64,000 nucleotides of DNA from the NCBI GenBank assembly GCA_973895155.1, contig OZ316899.1, positions 8,373,241 to 8,437,240 on the forward strand. Reading direction: 5' to 3'. Shown here piece by piece: positions 47,371 to 60,317 of the stretch. Positions within the stretch are counted from its first letter, which is position 1, and every line of letters starts with the position of its first letter. Source of the stretch: Marsupella aquatica. Taxonomy: Eukaryota; Plantae; Marchantiophyta. The notes below the pieces were generated by a model. The model searched no databases. It was not told the DNA's origin and was given only the letters and a program-made list of their open reading frames with translations. A program made the position numbers and the translations under genes.

Positions 47371-49297
47371 TTCGAAGGCGTGCTATTGACGCACGCCTAA
47401 GCTGCACTGCCTGCATTCGGAGATCCTACCTCCACATCCTCCTCGACCTTCCTCGCAGATTACGAAACCTTGCCAATTCTCCTTCCAAGTCAAGAAAAAC
47501 CCTGCCCACTGCCGTCACGCAAACAAACATGAAGAACTAATGGGCGTCTCAAAGCTTGGAAATCATGGAATTTGGACATAAAGAATAGGTCATAATTTTT
47601 TAGCAAATTAGACATATCTTTAAAGTCAACCATGTTTGAAAGATAGTTAGCTATTGAATGCGGTAGAGGTCCAGATATCCATTTAAGTCATTCACCTTTT
47701 GCAACTTGGCTGACTTTTAGTAGAATTGTACTAGGGCGTCTCAAACTTTATGGATCGCGGGCATTTCCCTGGTCAGGGAGTTCACGGGCCGGGACGCGGA
47801 CTGAAAATGTGCGGTAGACCGAGTTGACTACTGCACTTTTGCGCCCAGGCATTTTCGCTAAGGGGAGGCAGCGGATGTGCGTTAGTGGTGGAGGGTTAAG
47901 GTTACCATGGGTTAAGGGTAGTCAGCTTGCAAATTTGAAACGTGATTGAACACGAACGTTTTCAAACATTCAGGTTGTCCGAAACCTTGGAAACGATGGG
48001 CGATGGCGATGGCGGTGTACTTGTCCAGCAATAGTCAGAGCTCAATCCTTGTGAAGTCTCGTGAGCTAATTTTTGCTGTCCAGGAGTTGTCTGGTAAGCA
48101 TCGACAAAATCTCTTTCAGCATCTATCAACCCTCTCCAACTGGTGAGCTGGAGGTGACTATGCGTACTTCGTATACTTTCTACTCTTCAAGAGCAAGTGC
48201 TGGAGTACCAACAGCAATCGTCGGAGGTCGTTGCTACGAGTATCTACGGTGACTCCCTCTGCTCTGCTTTAACATCTCAGACACATTTTCCTATTGAATG
48301 TCGCTTTAGCCTATCCTGTTGCGTGTTGCGGAATATAAATTTGTGTTATATTTGCTCAGGCCATGGTTGAATGGACCCCCCTTTCACATGTTGAGGAGGA
48401 CAGAGCTGCTGGGAAAAACAGAAAATACTCACCCTCCTTGGTCTGGGCAGCAAATTCATGGCACAGAATCCATATCCTCGAAAGTTTGTGTATTCTGCCT
48501 GTCAGTACCCACTTGACATTGGACGACCATGTAACAAATCCCTTGAATTTGGACCTTGTTGTGGGCATACTGAACCAGGGCAGACAAAGTTTAGATTCCA
48601 AATTGTTTTTTTCAATGATGCACACGGACCCTCCAAACCCTAGAAGGCACTCATTTGGGACACTGCCAGCATTTTGTTGAAGTGAAATGCATTGGATTTT
48701 AGTTTGTTGTCTTAAATTGACCAAGTACGTTCTATTCAGTCTATTTTTCAGAAATGTCCAAAGCCTCAGGTGTCATTTGAAGTAGGGGGACTAGAATTGC
48801 ATGTGAGGCGGCTGGTTGTTGTACATGACCCTGTCGCTATGCCCAGTCCCCAATATCTTGGATCTTGTTGTAGTAGTAGCCCTATTTTTACAACGCCTTC
48901 AAAGGACAGAAAAAACCTGATGATTTACACTCCTGTTAAGCGGACCTCTGCAAAAAAAAAAATGGCAGACCTCATTAAGCAACTGAAGGGGTCCGATCTA
49001 GAAGACTGAAATATGTACACTTTTATCTGCTATATAGTTATTCCAAGTGAAGACGGTTTTGCCTGTGGGTTTAGGTTTTCTTAATACGTAGCTTGCCACC
49101 ACTTTTATTTCCACTAATGTACTGTGCTTTCTTTTATGAAATATAAAATGTGCTATCTCGGAAGTTTTTTGATGTATTCACATTCAATGGTGTGGCTAAT
49201 GTGAGTGCTTGTGTTCATTTGGTGTCAATTAGTGTGGAATATGATCTGTATTTCGTAGGCGACGAGTGGGTGAATATGTCATGCAGGTTCACCACTC

Positions 49298-49945
49298 ATG
49301 CCGCGAGTTTTTGAGAGGCAACACCAGTTGAGAATGGTCAAGCAAAAGCTTGAAGTAGGTATTGCTCTACAAAGCTCCTTGTCTGAATCTGATGTTGACT
49401 CCATCCAAGGCACTCTTGGTGAAGTGGAGAGTATTCAGTCTGGTTTTTTGTCCACAGACACTAATGATGTAGGCACTGGTGGTTTAGACTCCTCATCTGA
49501 ATCAGAAAGGGAGGACACACTTGAAGACTGTGACATGAACCCAACAGACCTGTTTGAGTTGTATTTTGTCATGTACAATCAATTCTAGGTGTATGATGCC
49601 CTGACATGTAACACCAAAATCCAATGAGTTTGCCACTCAATTTTTCCATAGTTTACCAGAAACGTTGTTTAGGCAGCTTACTAGGATGACAAAAACTTCC
49701 TTTTTCAATCTTGTGGATCTTGTAGCCCCACACTCAGTTTTCCACAATAATTCATATGTTGACCAGGCACCAGTTGTTTGGAAGTTGGTTGTTTGCCTAA
49801 ATCGGCTTGGGCATGATGGGAATGGAGCATGCTTAAACCTCGTGATCCCTACCAGGGGGTGAGCAATGGCAGTCTAATTAATTTCTCCAATGGGTGTTTC
49901 CGAGCTCTCGAAAGTGTGTTAACAGATTATATACAATGGCCTTGA
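49298..49945 (+). pseudogene. PIF/Harbinger (HARBI1-like) transposase N-terminal relic, truncated before the DDE core
   Basis: FRQLTRMTKTSFFNLVDLV..VFHNNS..QAPV..L..LNRLGHDGNGA..G..RAL..DYIQWP pattern, with frameshifts. Confidence 0.7.
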
Positions 49946-51930
49946 AGCAGTAAAAATTGTCAAGTGCTCAATCTGCCAAACCACTAAGTTAATTACAAAA
50001 TTAGAAGAGTAAGGGTTAAGTCTAGATGATACTAGTATTTAAACTTTATGAAGTAGAGGAGAGTCTCATTTTTGTGTAGTAGCTGATCAGTTTGGTGAGT
50101 AGGAATAGGAAGAGCTCTGTAGCGATGGATCAGGCAGGTATTATAAGCTTGTTGGGAGTCACTATTGCAGCAATTTGGAGCATGCATGGCAACAACTTAG
50201 TCTATGAAGGTTGTGATATCCTGTTGGATGATGGGAAGTACTGTTGTATGCCCTAGGGCCAAGTGCCCAAAGAGCTAGACTGAACAAAGAAGAACAAAGT
50301 GTAGGAGCACAAAAGTGGATTCATGTGAATCAATTTTTTTGGCCAATCGGTTCAGGACGGTATATTTACAATTTCTTTGTGCAAATTAATGATAATGTTT
50401 ACCAAGTGTGGGAGGAAGCTGATTGTCAATTTTTGAAATCACTAAACATGAATTTCATGAACAAGTTAGCAGACAATAAAGGAATTGCTACCACGCCATG
50501 AATGAGTGTTGGGTAATAAGAGTTATGGAAGGTGAGAGAAAGGGGACCAAACAAATATAAGGGTTTCATAAGATGAGAACCAGCTCAACATATCGACGGA
50601 CAAGAGAAGGAACCAGTGAAGTAAGAACAAAACAAGTGGAGGTGACAATGCAAGAACTCAAGCTTGAAACAACAGAAGCAGGTGAAGGAACTAGGGATGA
50701 TAACTCGGGAGCGAGATTAATCAGCAAACAACAGGCAAAGTGGTGCACTATTAAGTACTCAGTAGAAGTTAATAGTTAATTGTCATTAAGAATTATCAAT
50801 TAACAAGTAGAAACAGTTAACAATCAACAACTAGTCTTAGTTGAATAAAACGGTTACAGAAACCGAATAAATAGTCTGTCAATTACAATTGCTGATGGTT
50901 AAGTGAAGTTAGGAAAAACCTGTCTATATAGAGAGTATAGGTCAGTTGAGTAGGAATGAGAAGAGGTCTTTTGTTGTGCAAACTTTCCATGATCGGGAGG
51001 CAGCTCAAGAAGAGGTAGTGCCAGATTGGTAGACCTTGAGGTAGAGATGGAAGCTCATGGAAGGAAAACCATGTAAAAGAAATTGATGTGACCATTGAAT
51101 GGAAGATGCAATTGAGACCTAGTTGCAGAACTGTAGGGACCCAGGAAAAAAATGTTGCACCCACTTCTAGCCTACTCTAAAAAAAAGGTTTATGGTTCGG
51201 GGGAATGTAAACTCATTAAAACCCCCCCTCCTTTCTTGCTAGGGGGAAAGAGTGTTACCATTCCATCCCTAAAAACCTGTAATCTAATGTAATTAGTGAG
51301 TAATCGAGTTAGTGAATGAAGTGGTGTAAAGCTATCTGTCTTTTGAATAGTAATGAGGTAAAAGCCCTAAAAGGATCGTGTGTAGTTGGGAGTCATGGAG
51401 TCGGGAGCTATGCGGATGGAATGTGTGTGTTGGGTGTCGAGAATGAAATGTCTGTCATTTCCTATGTGCGACTACTGATTCTTGGAAGGGATGTGATTTG
51501 TTTGAGCTCGAGGATAGAGAGCACTTCAAAATAGGTCAGGGCGCGCAATTCAGTAGCAAAGTTTGTGAAGTGTGCACTGGGCTATGGAGCGCTTGAGGCA
51601 GGCCAGGTAGCCCAAATTTGTAGAAGACTAGCTCCTTGGGGTCTTCATGATCGAAGGCGTTATTGATTGGAGTTTGCGGTCAAAAGCTCTATGAGCTATG
51701 AGGTATTTGCGGTGTGCGGAGTTTGCGTTCGCCGTTCGCATTTGCCGTTTGTTGTGTAGTTTCGCGCCCATTGTTGGAAGTGAGTAGTTTTGATTTGTTG
51801 ATGTTGATTTGCAGTGTGTTCAAATGTCATTTGTTGGAATCTTGTTTGCTTGGAATTTGGCAGCTGCGAGCTTTGCTGTGATTCTCCCCCTGAGCAAAGG
51901 TGAGCAAATCAACTATAATTCCGAACAGTT

Positions 51931-54900
51931 TTAATTTTGCAATTCAGCTAAGTGTCGTAAACCTACAGAAATTGTATGTTGTTGGTGTAGTGCAAGGGGA
52001 AGCGATTTAGTAAACATGTCTGTGATGTTTTGTGAGCTTTGAATCTAGTGGACTTCAATACTATTTCCTTGTTGTTCATGTGTAAAGAAAATTTTAGGAG
52101 CGATGTGTTTTGTTTGGTCTCCCTTTATGAAGCCTGCTTGAATTTGTTTGACGCAGGCTCTGTTGTCCTCATGAATTTTTGTCAGTGTTGACAGAGTAGG
52201 TATGCCAGTATTCTCATGAATATGATTAATAACATTGCGCAGCCAAATACACTCCCGGCTTGATTTATAAAGGGCTATTATCTCTGAGTGGTTGGATGAT
52301 GTAGTTGTTAATGTTTGCTTGCAGCTCCTCCATGAAATTGCTGTCTATCCCATTAGGAAAACATACCCTGTCTGAGACTTTGCATCCTCTGGGTTTGAAA
52401 GGTAGCCTGCATCAGCGTACCCTATTAGTAACTAGTTAGCATTTGATGGGTAGAACAATCCCAGATCTAAGGTACCTGCAAGATAACAAAATGCACTTTA
52501 TCCCATTCCAATGCCGAATGGTCAGCTTTGCACTATGGTGTGCCAACAGATTTACTGCAAAGGCTATGTCTGGCCTGGTTTGGTTCGAAAGGAACATAAG
52601 GACGCCTATGGCAGATAGGTACTGTTTTTCTGGGCCAAGTAGTGGCTCCATCTCATTTCTCTTCCAAAATATGTCCTTTTCTTTATCAAGGGATCGAATG
52701 TCCACGGGAGATCTGACTATTGTGGCCTTGTCCATGTTAAATTGCTTTAAAATCTTTTTGATATCTGTGGACTGATGCAATAAAATGCCATTTTGTAGAT
52801 GCTCAAATTGTAGGCCTAGGTAGAAAGAAGGCCGCCCTAGGTTGCGCATCTCAAAAGCCTGTTTCAATAACTTGATGGTTTCCATCATAATTTTTTTGGT
52901 TCCGAACAGGTTCAGATCGTCCACATAAATGGCCACAATAATAAATTCTTTTGCCTCTCGCTTCAGAAATAGACATGGGGCCATGTCAGCGTTTGTGAAT
53001 CCCTTTGCCAGCATCTCGGATTTAAATCTTTTGTACCATGTCAATCCACTTTGTTTGAGGCCATACATTGATCTTAAAACCTGTACTGCAAAGAGAGTTC
53101 TTGAGGTGGGATCCCTTTTATTCTGAATTTGTTGTATGGGAGCTCTTAGTGCTATTGCCGCTGCAGTCTTCTGGAGTATGGCTGCATTGGTATGCTCAAT
53201 TTGTTTCTGGTTCCCAGTTTGTTTCCCTTTGCTGTGGTACTCAACTCGTTGCACCAATTCTGGAGGGGCCTCCATATATATATCTTTGTCTAAGTGCCCA
53301 TATAAATAAGCTGTCACAATATCCATCTGGTGCATGGATAAGTTGTGGCATAGTGAGAATGTAATAAGGTACCTGTAAGTGATCACGTCCATTACAGGAA
53401 AATATGTGAGGTCATAGTCCCTGCCTGGGACTTGAGTGAACCCTCTGGCCACTAGCCTGGCCTTGTGCCATGTTACCTCACCTTTCGCATTTCGCTTCTT
53501 TACGAAGTCCATTTATAGCCTGTAAGATGTGTTTCAGGTTCTGCTGTTATTATCGGTCCGAACACTTGGCGAGCTATTAATGAATCCAGTTCTAAGCGGA
53601 TGGCCTTCTTCCATTCAGGCCAGTCCGGTTGAGTTTCTGCTTCCTTAATTGTTCTTGGGTCGGGCAGTTCGTCTTTGATCTGTTGTGCTATGTGGAATGC
53701 AAATTGTTCATCTATCGTGGTATTCTCTCTGTCCCATACATGTCCGGTTCTTCCATAATTGGTTGATATCTCTTCGTTGTCTTCTGGTGCATTTGATTGT
53801 CTTGGAGTTTGGTTCCTGATTGATGTATTGGGTGCACTTGGGGGGGCAGCTCTCCACTGCCTGTTGTCTGTCTCCTGAACCTGGTGGGCGGCCTCTCTTT
53901 GCTTTCGGGGTTGTCACTGATGCTGGTGGTGTCTCCATTTGGATTCTAGATGGTGCATTTGCTGCTGGGATATGAGACCTTGTCACGTGGGCCGCATCCG
54001 TGAAGGAGTCTGGTAGTTGTTCTACCATCCTTGCAAGATGTATAATTCTCTGTACTTCCGTGTCTGCATGGCCATCCCGTGGGTCATTCCAAAAACCAGC
54101 TTCAATTTGCCAAGTAAGTGTAGAGTTTTTCTCTTTGTCAATTTGTTGCTTCGTATGTAGTCTGGGAAAAATCTCTTCATAGAAGTGACAGTCCACAAAG
54201 CGTGCTTTAAAGACATCAGATGTGGTAGGTTCCATATATCTGATAATCAAAGCGGAATCAAAACCAATGTATATTCCCGCATGTCTTTGGGGTCCCATCT
54301 TGGTGCGCTTAGGTCCCAGGATGGGTACCATGACTTACAACCGAATGTTCTTAAGTGAGAGACGTTTGGTGTGTTTCCTAGTGCAAGTTGGTGTGGGGTG
54401 GTTGAGTTAAAAGATGATGGTCTATAGCTTAGTAGTGCAGCAGAGTGAAGAATGGCATGACCCTAGGCTGCTGTTGGGATTGGAGGTTTGTCTGCATTAG
54501 TAGAGGCCGTGCTATCATTTGTAGGCGTTTAATCAGGGATTCAGCAATCCCGTTTTGGAAGTGGACATGGGGGACCGGGTACTAGACATCTATGCCCACG
54601 GCTTGGCAGAAATCTTCAAATGTTTTGGAGGTAAATTCTCTTGCATTATCAACTCTCAGAGTCTTGATCTGATTTTCAGGAAATTGTGCTCTCAATTTTA
54701 GAATGTGGGCTAGCAGTCTGGAGAATACCAAGTTTCTGGTGGATAACAAAGATATTTGAGACCATTTGGTGGATGTGTCTATGACAACCAGGAAAAATCA
54801 GAATGGGCCACTTGGGGGGTCAATCGGTCCGCACATGTCGGCGTGTATGCATTCCAAGAAGTTGGGGATTTGGCGTTCAGTTGTTGATGGTGAGGGCCAA

Positions 54901-56886
54901 ATTATTAACTTGCCCTATGAGCAAGCCAAGCAGGGGACGTGCATAGACGTAGGGTGGACCGATGCTAGTATTCCTTGGGTTTCTCTGATGAGTTTTTGGA
55001 ACATTGTCATTCCAGGGTGGCCAAATCTCCTGTGCCAAATGTCAGTGATTGAGGCTTGGGGTGCATAAGTGAGGAAGCTATGAATTTTGGTAGTGTAGCA
55101 ACCAGGTGGTGATGCACTCAAAGTCTCTCTAATCTCTGTATTTGGTGGTTCCCTAGAGGTGATATACAAGACTTCCCGTCCATGTTGGGTACCAGTCTTG
55201 ATGTGTAAATTGTTAGCTCGGATGGGGGTATTTAGAAACGACAGGAAACAGCAAACAGTAACAGAAAACAGAAACTGATAACAAGAAAATGAGTGGTAAT
55301 TTTTTTGAAATTTTTTTGAAATTTTTTTATGAATTTTTTTTTGGGGAAAAAAAGTTTTTTTTTCTTCAAAATTTTATTTATTTTTGCTAGCGCCCAAAGC
55401 TAGCCAAAAAATGTTGTAACTTAGATTTTTTTGGAAAATGAGACTTTTTAGAAAATATTTTGACATGGTTATTTTTCCTGGTAACAATAACTTTTTGTTG
55501 GTAACAGGAAAAAATTTCCTGGTACCAGTAAACCTATTTCCTGTTTACTATCACGCGTGCCATACCCCTCGGATGTCCCCGAAGCTCAATAGGTTTCTTG
55601 TTGCCTTCAGGGCGTATATTGCAGACTTTGCCTGAATCGTTGTTCCATGGGGTAGAGTGACTAATGCTGGTCCGAATCCCTCTTCCAGTTGGTGTTGGCC
55701 CATAATAGTCATGAGTTTCCTTTGTGATGGTGTAATATGCTTGAAGTATTCTTTGTGTTTCAAAATAGAATGCGATGTGCCGCTGTCTACTATGCAGTGG
55801 GAAAAGTTTTCTTTTGTGTCGAGGTGAGGTGTGGTATTTTGCATGACCATATTTATGGAAGGTATTATTTATGTAGATTCAAGGAAAGTCCCATACATCT
55901 CTGGTTCATTTTGTGCAATGCTTTTCTTGTAAAATTGCACTTAGTGTACAGGGGCACGACAAAAGTTTTGGATGTGCCCTTTAGTGCCACAATGGAAACA
56001 TGTAGAGGGGTTTTTGTATTTATCTCTTGGAGCAGTTTGCAGTTGATTTGTCCTCGCTCGAGGTTGGTAGTTGTCTTGTTGCCAATTGTTTCTCGAGTTA
56101 CCACCATTGTTTTGATATCTTCCTTGATCTAGATCTGCCTCTAAAGGAGTTACTTCTGCCTCCGCATCCTTTGAAAGAGCTACCACGACCTCTATATGAG
56201 TTTCTCCCCCTAAAGCTTCCTCGGCCATGGTAAGAGGATCCCTCTCCTCTTTGTGTTGTGGCATAGTGTGTTTCTGGATTTGTGACTGGAGGAAGGGTTT
56301 TGAGGGTTCTCTTTTGTGAGTTCTGTAATAGCAATAATTGGGGCTTCTCGGCCAGGAGCATATGGGCGATCAGCTCGGAGTATCTAGTAAATTGCATGTT
56401 CCGGTATTGGGTGGAGAGAATGAGATTGGTGGAATGTAGAGTGGATAGAGTTTTCTCTATCTGTTCTTCATTGTTTATTGGGTGGCCACATATGGCCAAT
56501 TGTGATACTATTCGGAATAATTTGCAATTGTAGTCTACAATTGTCTTATGATCCTGGACTCTAAGATTGATCTAGTTGTGTCTGGCTGCTGGCAGGTATA
56601 TGGTGCGAGTGTGATCAAAGCGTGCTTGAAGTTCTTCCCAAAGGACCCTCGGGTTATATTCATTCATGCACTGCCGCTTCAAGGAGTCACTCAGATGATG
56701 TCTAATTAGTATTAATGCCTGCGACTTTTGTTGGAGGGTTAGTCCATTGTTGGTTATGACTGTATCTTGTAGGTTCTTTGAGGTTAGATGAGCTTCAACA
56801 TCTAGCAAGCAGGACAAGTAAATTGAGCCATCAATGCTTAGGGATTGAAATAAGAGTTTCTCCATTGAATTCGTGGATGTTGACAT
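51931..56886 (-). mobile_element. Ty1/copia retrotransposon, Bianca-like lineage, degenerate gag-pol; LTRs not resolved
   Basis: Gag LSIDGSIYLS..ALILIRHHL..LWEELQARFDH..EKTLSTLH..YSELIAHMLLAE with CCHC. Protease IVDSGTSHSI. Integrase WHRRFGHPG, DMCGPI..GPF and KMGPQRHAGIYIGFDS. RT KARLVARGFTQ, MYGLKQSG and YVDDL. RNase H DMFTKSLP. TCAGGGGGAG after pol. Confidence 0.9.
55225..55568 (+). mobile_element. MITE / non-autonomous DNA transposon inserted in the copia protease-integrase region
   Basis: Termini GGGGTAT...ATACCCC with TSD TCGGATG (55218-55224 and 55569-55575). Inverted subterminal GTAACAG(G)AAA/TTTCCTG motifs and T-rich core. Removal restores the copia frame LLSFGDIRANNLHIK. Confidence 0.88.
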
Positions 56887-58374
56887 CTTTCTGAGTTCTA
56901 TTGATATAATGTCTTTGGGAAAGAAAGAGTTTCTACTTTGATCTCTATGGAATTTGGGAAGTTGGATGTCTTGGCTCGATTCTATTTGATTGGTGAAGTT
57001 GAGTAGTAGGATCTGGAATTGCAAAATGCGGTTGGGAGATTTGGATTTCTTATCTCAATACTCGATCTGATTTAAAAATTAAAATTAAAAAAAGGGAATT
57101 TAGGATCTGAAAGGGAGCTTGAGAGTGCATTGGCGGATGGGACTGTGCTTGGGGGTGTGATTTTTTTGGTTGAATCTCCACAGGGAGTCTGATTGGTGCT
57201 CGATGCTGTCGTCTATTGTAAAGGGAAACATGACTGACTCGCTGATGATAGTGCATCGCTGATCTGAATTTTTTTTGGTTAGGGGCTTGGAAAATCGAAG
57301 GCAAAGGCTTATTGTGGTCTTAGGGTTCGGGCTTCGGGGCATCAGGAGTCACAAGTGATTGACTCATGCACGTAAGGAAGGAGAGAGATTACGCGGATGA
57401 TTAGGGATGATCCTGACTGAAGAAGCACGACATAAGCAGGATCAGCAAGATAATTGATGGTGGAGGGAGGGTCAGTTGTAGGGTGGTGCGAGTTGTTCCT
57501 TTTAGCCGTGGGGCTAACTTGGAGTTGATTGCTTTAGGGTGGTGGTGTTCTGCGCTAGAATCTATGAAGTTTAGGGAGGTTTGGTCCTATTTGATCTTGG
57601 CGCTTCCGTCAAGGTGTAATTTACTGAGAAGTTTGACATTTTGGCATTTCATTCAATCGGTGGTGGGCTCGGTGCGGGCTGGCAGCTAGCGAATGGAAGT
57701 TGGTGGATCTGTAAGTAAGGATCGTCTGGGAGGTTAGGGCCCACTACTGTGCTTTACACTTGGAATGTCACTGTTGGCTGATCAACATCGGCGTTGCTGA
57801 CCCTAGGTGCGGTGTAAGTACGAGGTATCACGTTTCCTCTGCTTTATGTTAGTGCAAATCTGTTAGTTGGATTGTGCTTTGTTATGGGATTAGGAAGATA
57901 ATGGAACACCACATTGAAGGGAATCGCGGGGCTGGGCGTATGCGCGAGGCGCTTCCAAATAGGGACTGGGGCCCTGGCAGGATTGCTGGTGGACGTGGAG
58001 CAATGAATCATTCTTGATCTGCAACAGGACGGCTGGCGGACCCCGGTGGACAGAACCTGGAAGGGGGTGTAGGCCATAGGACTTTCTCCCGTCAGGACGC
58101 GCGTGCTTACGAGCCCACTTGTGCCGGAGAATAGTCTAACCTGACTCTTCCTCTTGGCAGGATTTCCTTGGATGTGAATGCGCCCCTTGTGGAGAGGGAC
58201 CCAATTGTTGTTGAGACTGAATAGTGGGACGAAAGACAAGAAGCGATACAAAGGAATTTGGAAGCTGCTGAAGAATATGGGTAAGCGGGGCCTTTTTGTC
58301 CTGCGGACTTTTGGGCTGCTCCAGTTGCCCATTGTCGACCTCTCCCCGTTGGAGTCGGGGGTGCGGTTCCTACG

Positions 58375-60317
58375 GTGGATGGTTTTGGTGGAATGGACCG
58401 TCCTCTTGGTGCTAGAGTTGGCTCCACACTGGGTACTCGTTGTGACCCCAGGGTTGTTGGTTCTCATTTCGATCAGATTGCTCCGGAGGCGCAACTACCA
58501 AGTGGATCTGATCAGGGAACGGCAGAGGAGGGTGATATTCCTAAGGAATGCATTGACATTTTAAAGAAAATTGCAGAGGAGTCGACCAATGCTTGGCCTT
58601 CAAAATTGCACACGACTATGGTTTGGCCTGTGGAAGAAGCAGTACTCTCAGTACATGAGCTTTTTCACTGTTCGATGCTTTGCTATGTCACTAATAGGGC
58701 ACCTCTGCTTCCGGTGTTTAAGGAGTGGGTGCATTCTGAAATGGTGGACGGAATGGGATGGCCAGTTATGCAGATTAAATTTGTGGGGAAAAATTTCTTT
58801 ATGATTGCATTTGAAGATTCCCAGCATCGGGATGCTACCTTGGAGATGGCACCTTGGTTTATGGAGTGAAAGTTTATGTTTATATTCCCATGGGACCCTT
58901 CATTTGATGTGAAGAATGAGTCGTATGTGAAACTGCCTGTTTGGATTGAGATTCCCTTCCGCTCCTTACTACTTGAAGGCTGCCGAAAGCGAATTACTGC
59001 ATCTTTTGGTAAGGTGCTTTACTACATTCAGGGAGATGAATGGAGCTCTTATCCTCATGACAGGGCATGCATTTTGTGGGATACGCGTAGGGAGGTCCCC
59101 TGTAGTGTAAAAGTGGTTATTCGAGATGATATTGTAATCTGGCAACCGGTGATTTTCAAAAATATTCCCTACCACTGCTATCAATGTAATAAGAAAGGGC
59201 ATTTGGCTAGGGACTGCGTTACTGTTGAGGGTGCTGAGGAGGCTCGGGCAAAAGTGGCAAAAGAATTGGTTACTGAGAATACAGCGGAGAGTGTTACGGT
59301 GGATCCAGCTGGACCTGATGGAGCGATCGCTAGGATTGGCTTGGTGGCGCCTAAAGAAGGTAGGGGGGAGTTGGGGGAAGGGAGGCTTGTGACATTAGGG
59401 GCGGTGGCCCTTTGGTGGGTTGTGGGACTTTGCCTCATGGGACTTTGCCTCAGGGGGAGATTACGAGTGGAGCTGCTCAACCATGCGCTTCTCCCCCGGG
59501 GGAAATGTTTGGGGGTGTGCTTTGGTCGGTGATCTTAGAAGGGGACTCGGGTTTTGGAGCTGGAACTGCAAAGACGATGCCTTTGGGATGGGCTACCCGG
59601 ATTGAGACTGCCTCTGCTTTGGGAAGGAATGCGACAAAGGAGACTTTGGCTGGCGGGGTGTCTTTACTTGGGGAACCACCGACATTGATTGCTATGGCGC
59701 CTATGATTGGGCAAATTATTTTGCCCCCTCTGATTGTTATTGACTCTCAATGGCCGGCTCTGGGGGAGGGGTCTGGCTATTCGCTAGCTCCTTCAGGAGG
59801 GATTGCAGTGAGTCTAGGTGAACCTGGCCGCTCTGCTACTATGGAGGAATCTATTGCAGCGGTCAAGGCTACAATGGAGGTTGTTGCTTTATCAGGGGGG
59901 ACATTACTGAGGAAGCTGGGATGGATGAGAGATTGTCATATCATGGGGAATCTGAGTTGGAGCTCTCAAAGTACAAAAAGTACATTTCTAAAAGCCAATT
60001 GAAAAAGGAACGAGCACGAAAATTAGAAAGGAGAACACCACCGGCCGAGAAGAAACATAAAGGGAAGAAAGAACCCAAGAAACAACGTTCCTTACATTTT
60101 GAACCTTTGCTAATGTAGGATGAAGGTGGAGTTATGATGATTGACCAGGCAAGTGGAGTGGATGAAGGAAGGAATAGGGCAATGAGGATGGCTGAATCGA
60201 GTGGAGAGATGAGTATTGTTAGAGGCAAGGATGAACGTCCATTGGACTCTAATGGGCGGGAGGAGATGGTGCCCCTTGTGATGGATACCCCTCCGACTAG
60301 TGGCTGCTTTTCGAGGC
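58375..60317 (+). mobile_element. LINE (L1-type) ORF1 relic (DUF4283-like plus CCHC knuckle), interrupted by an LTR at 60318; 5' boundary lies further left
   Basis: IKFVGKNFFMIAFE..APWFM*KFMFIFPWDPSF..LPVWIEIP..GKV..WQPVIFKNIPYHCYQCNKKGHLARDC. TGA stop at 58867-58869. Confidence 0.85.

Noticed and set aside
49946-51930. 3' LTR of the copia element
   Set aside because: Probably contains its 3' UTR/LTR, but no matching 5' LTR or PBS was found near 57-57.5 kb, so boundaries cannot be supported.
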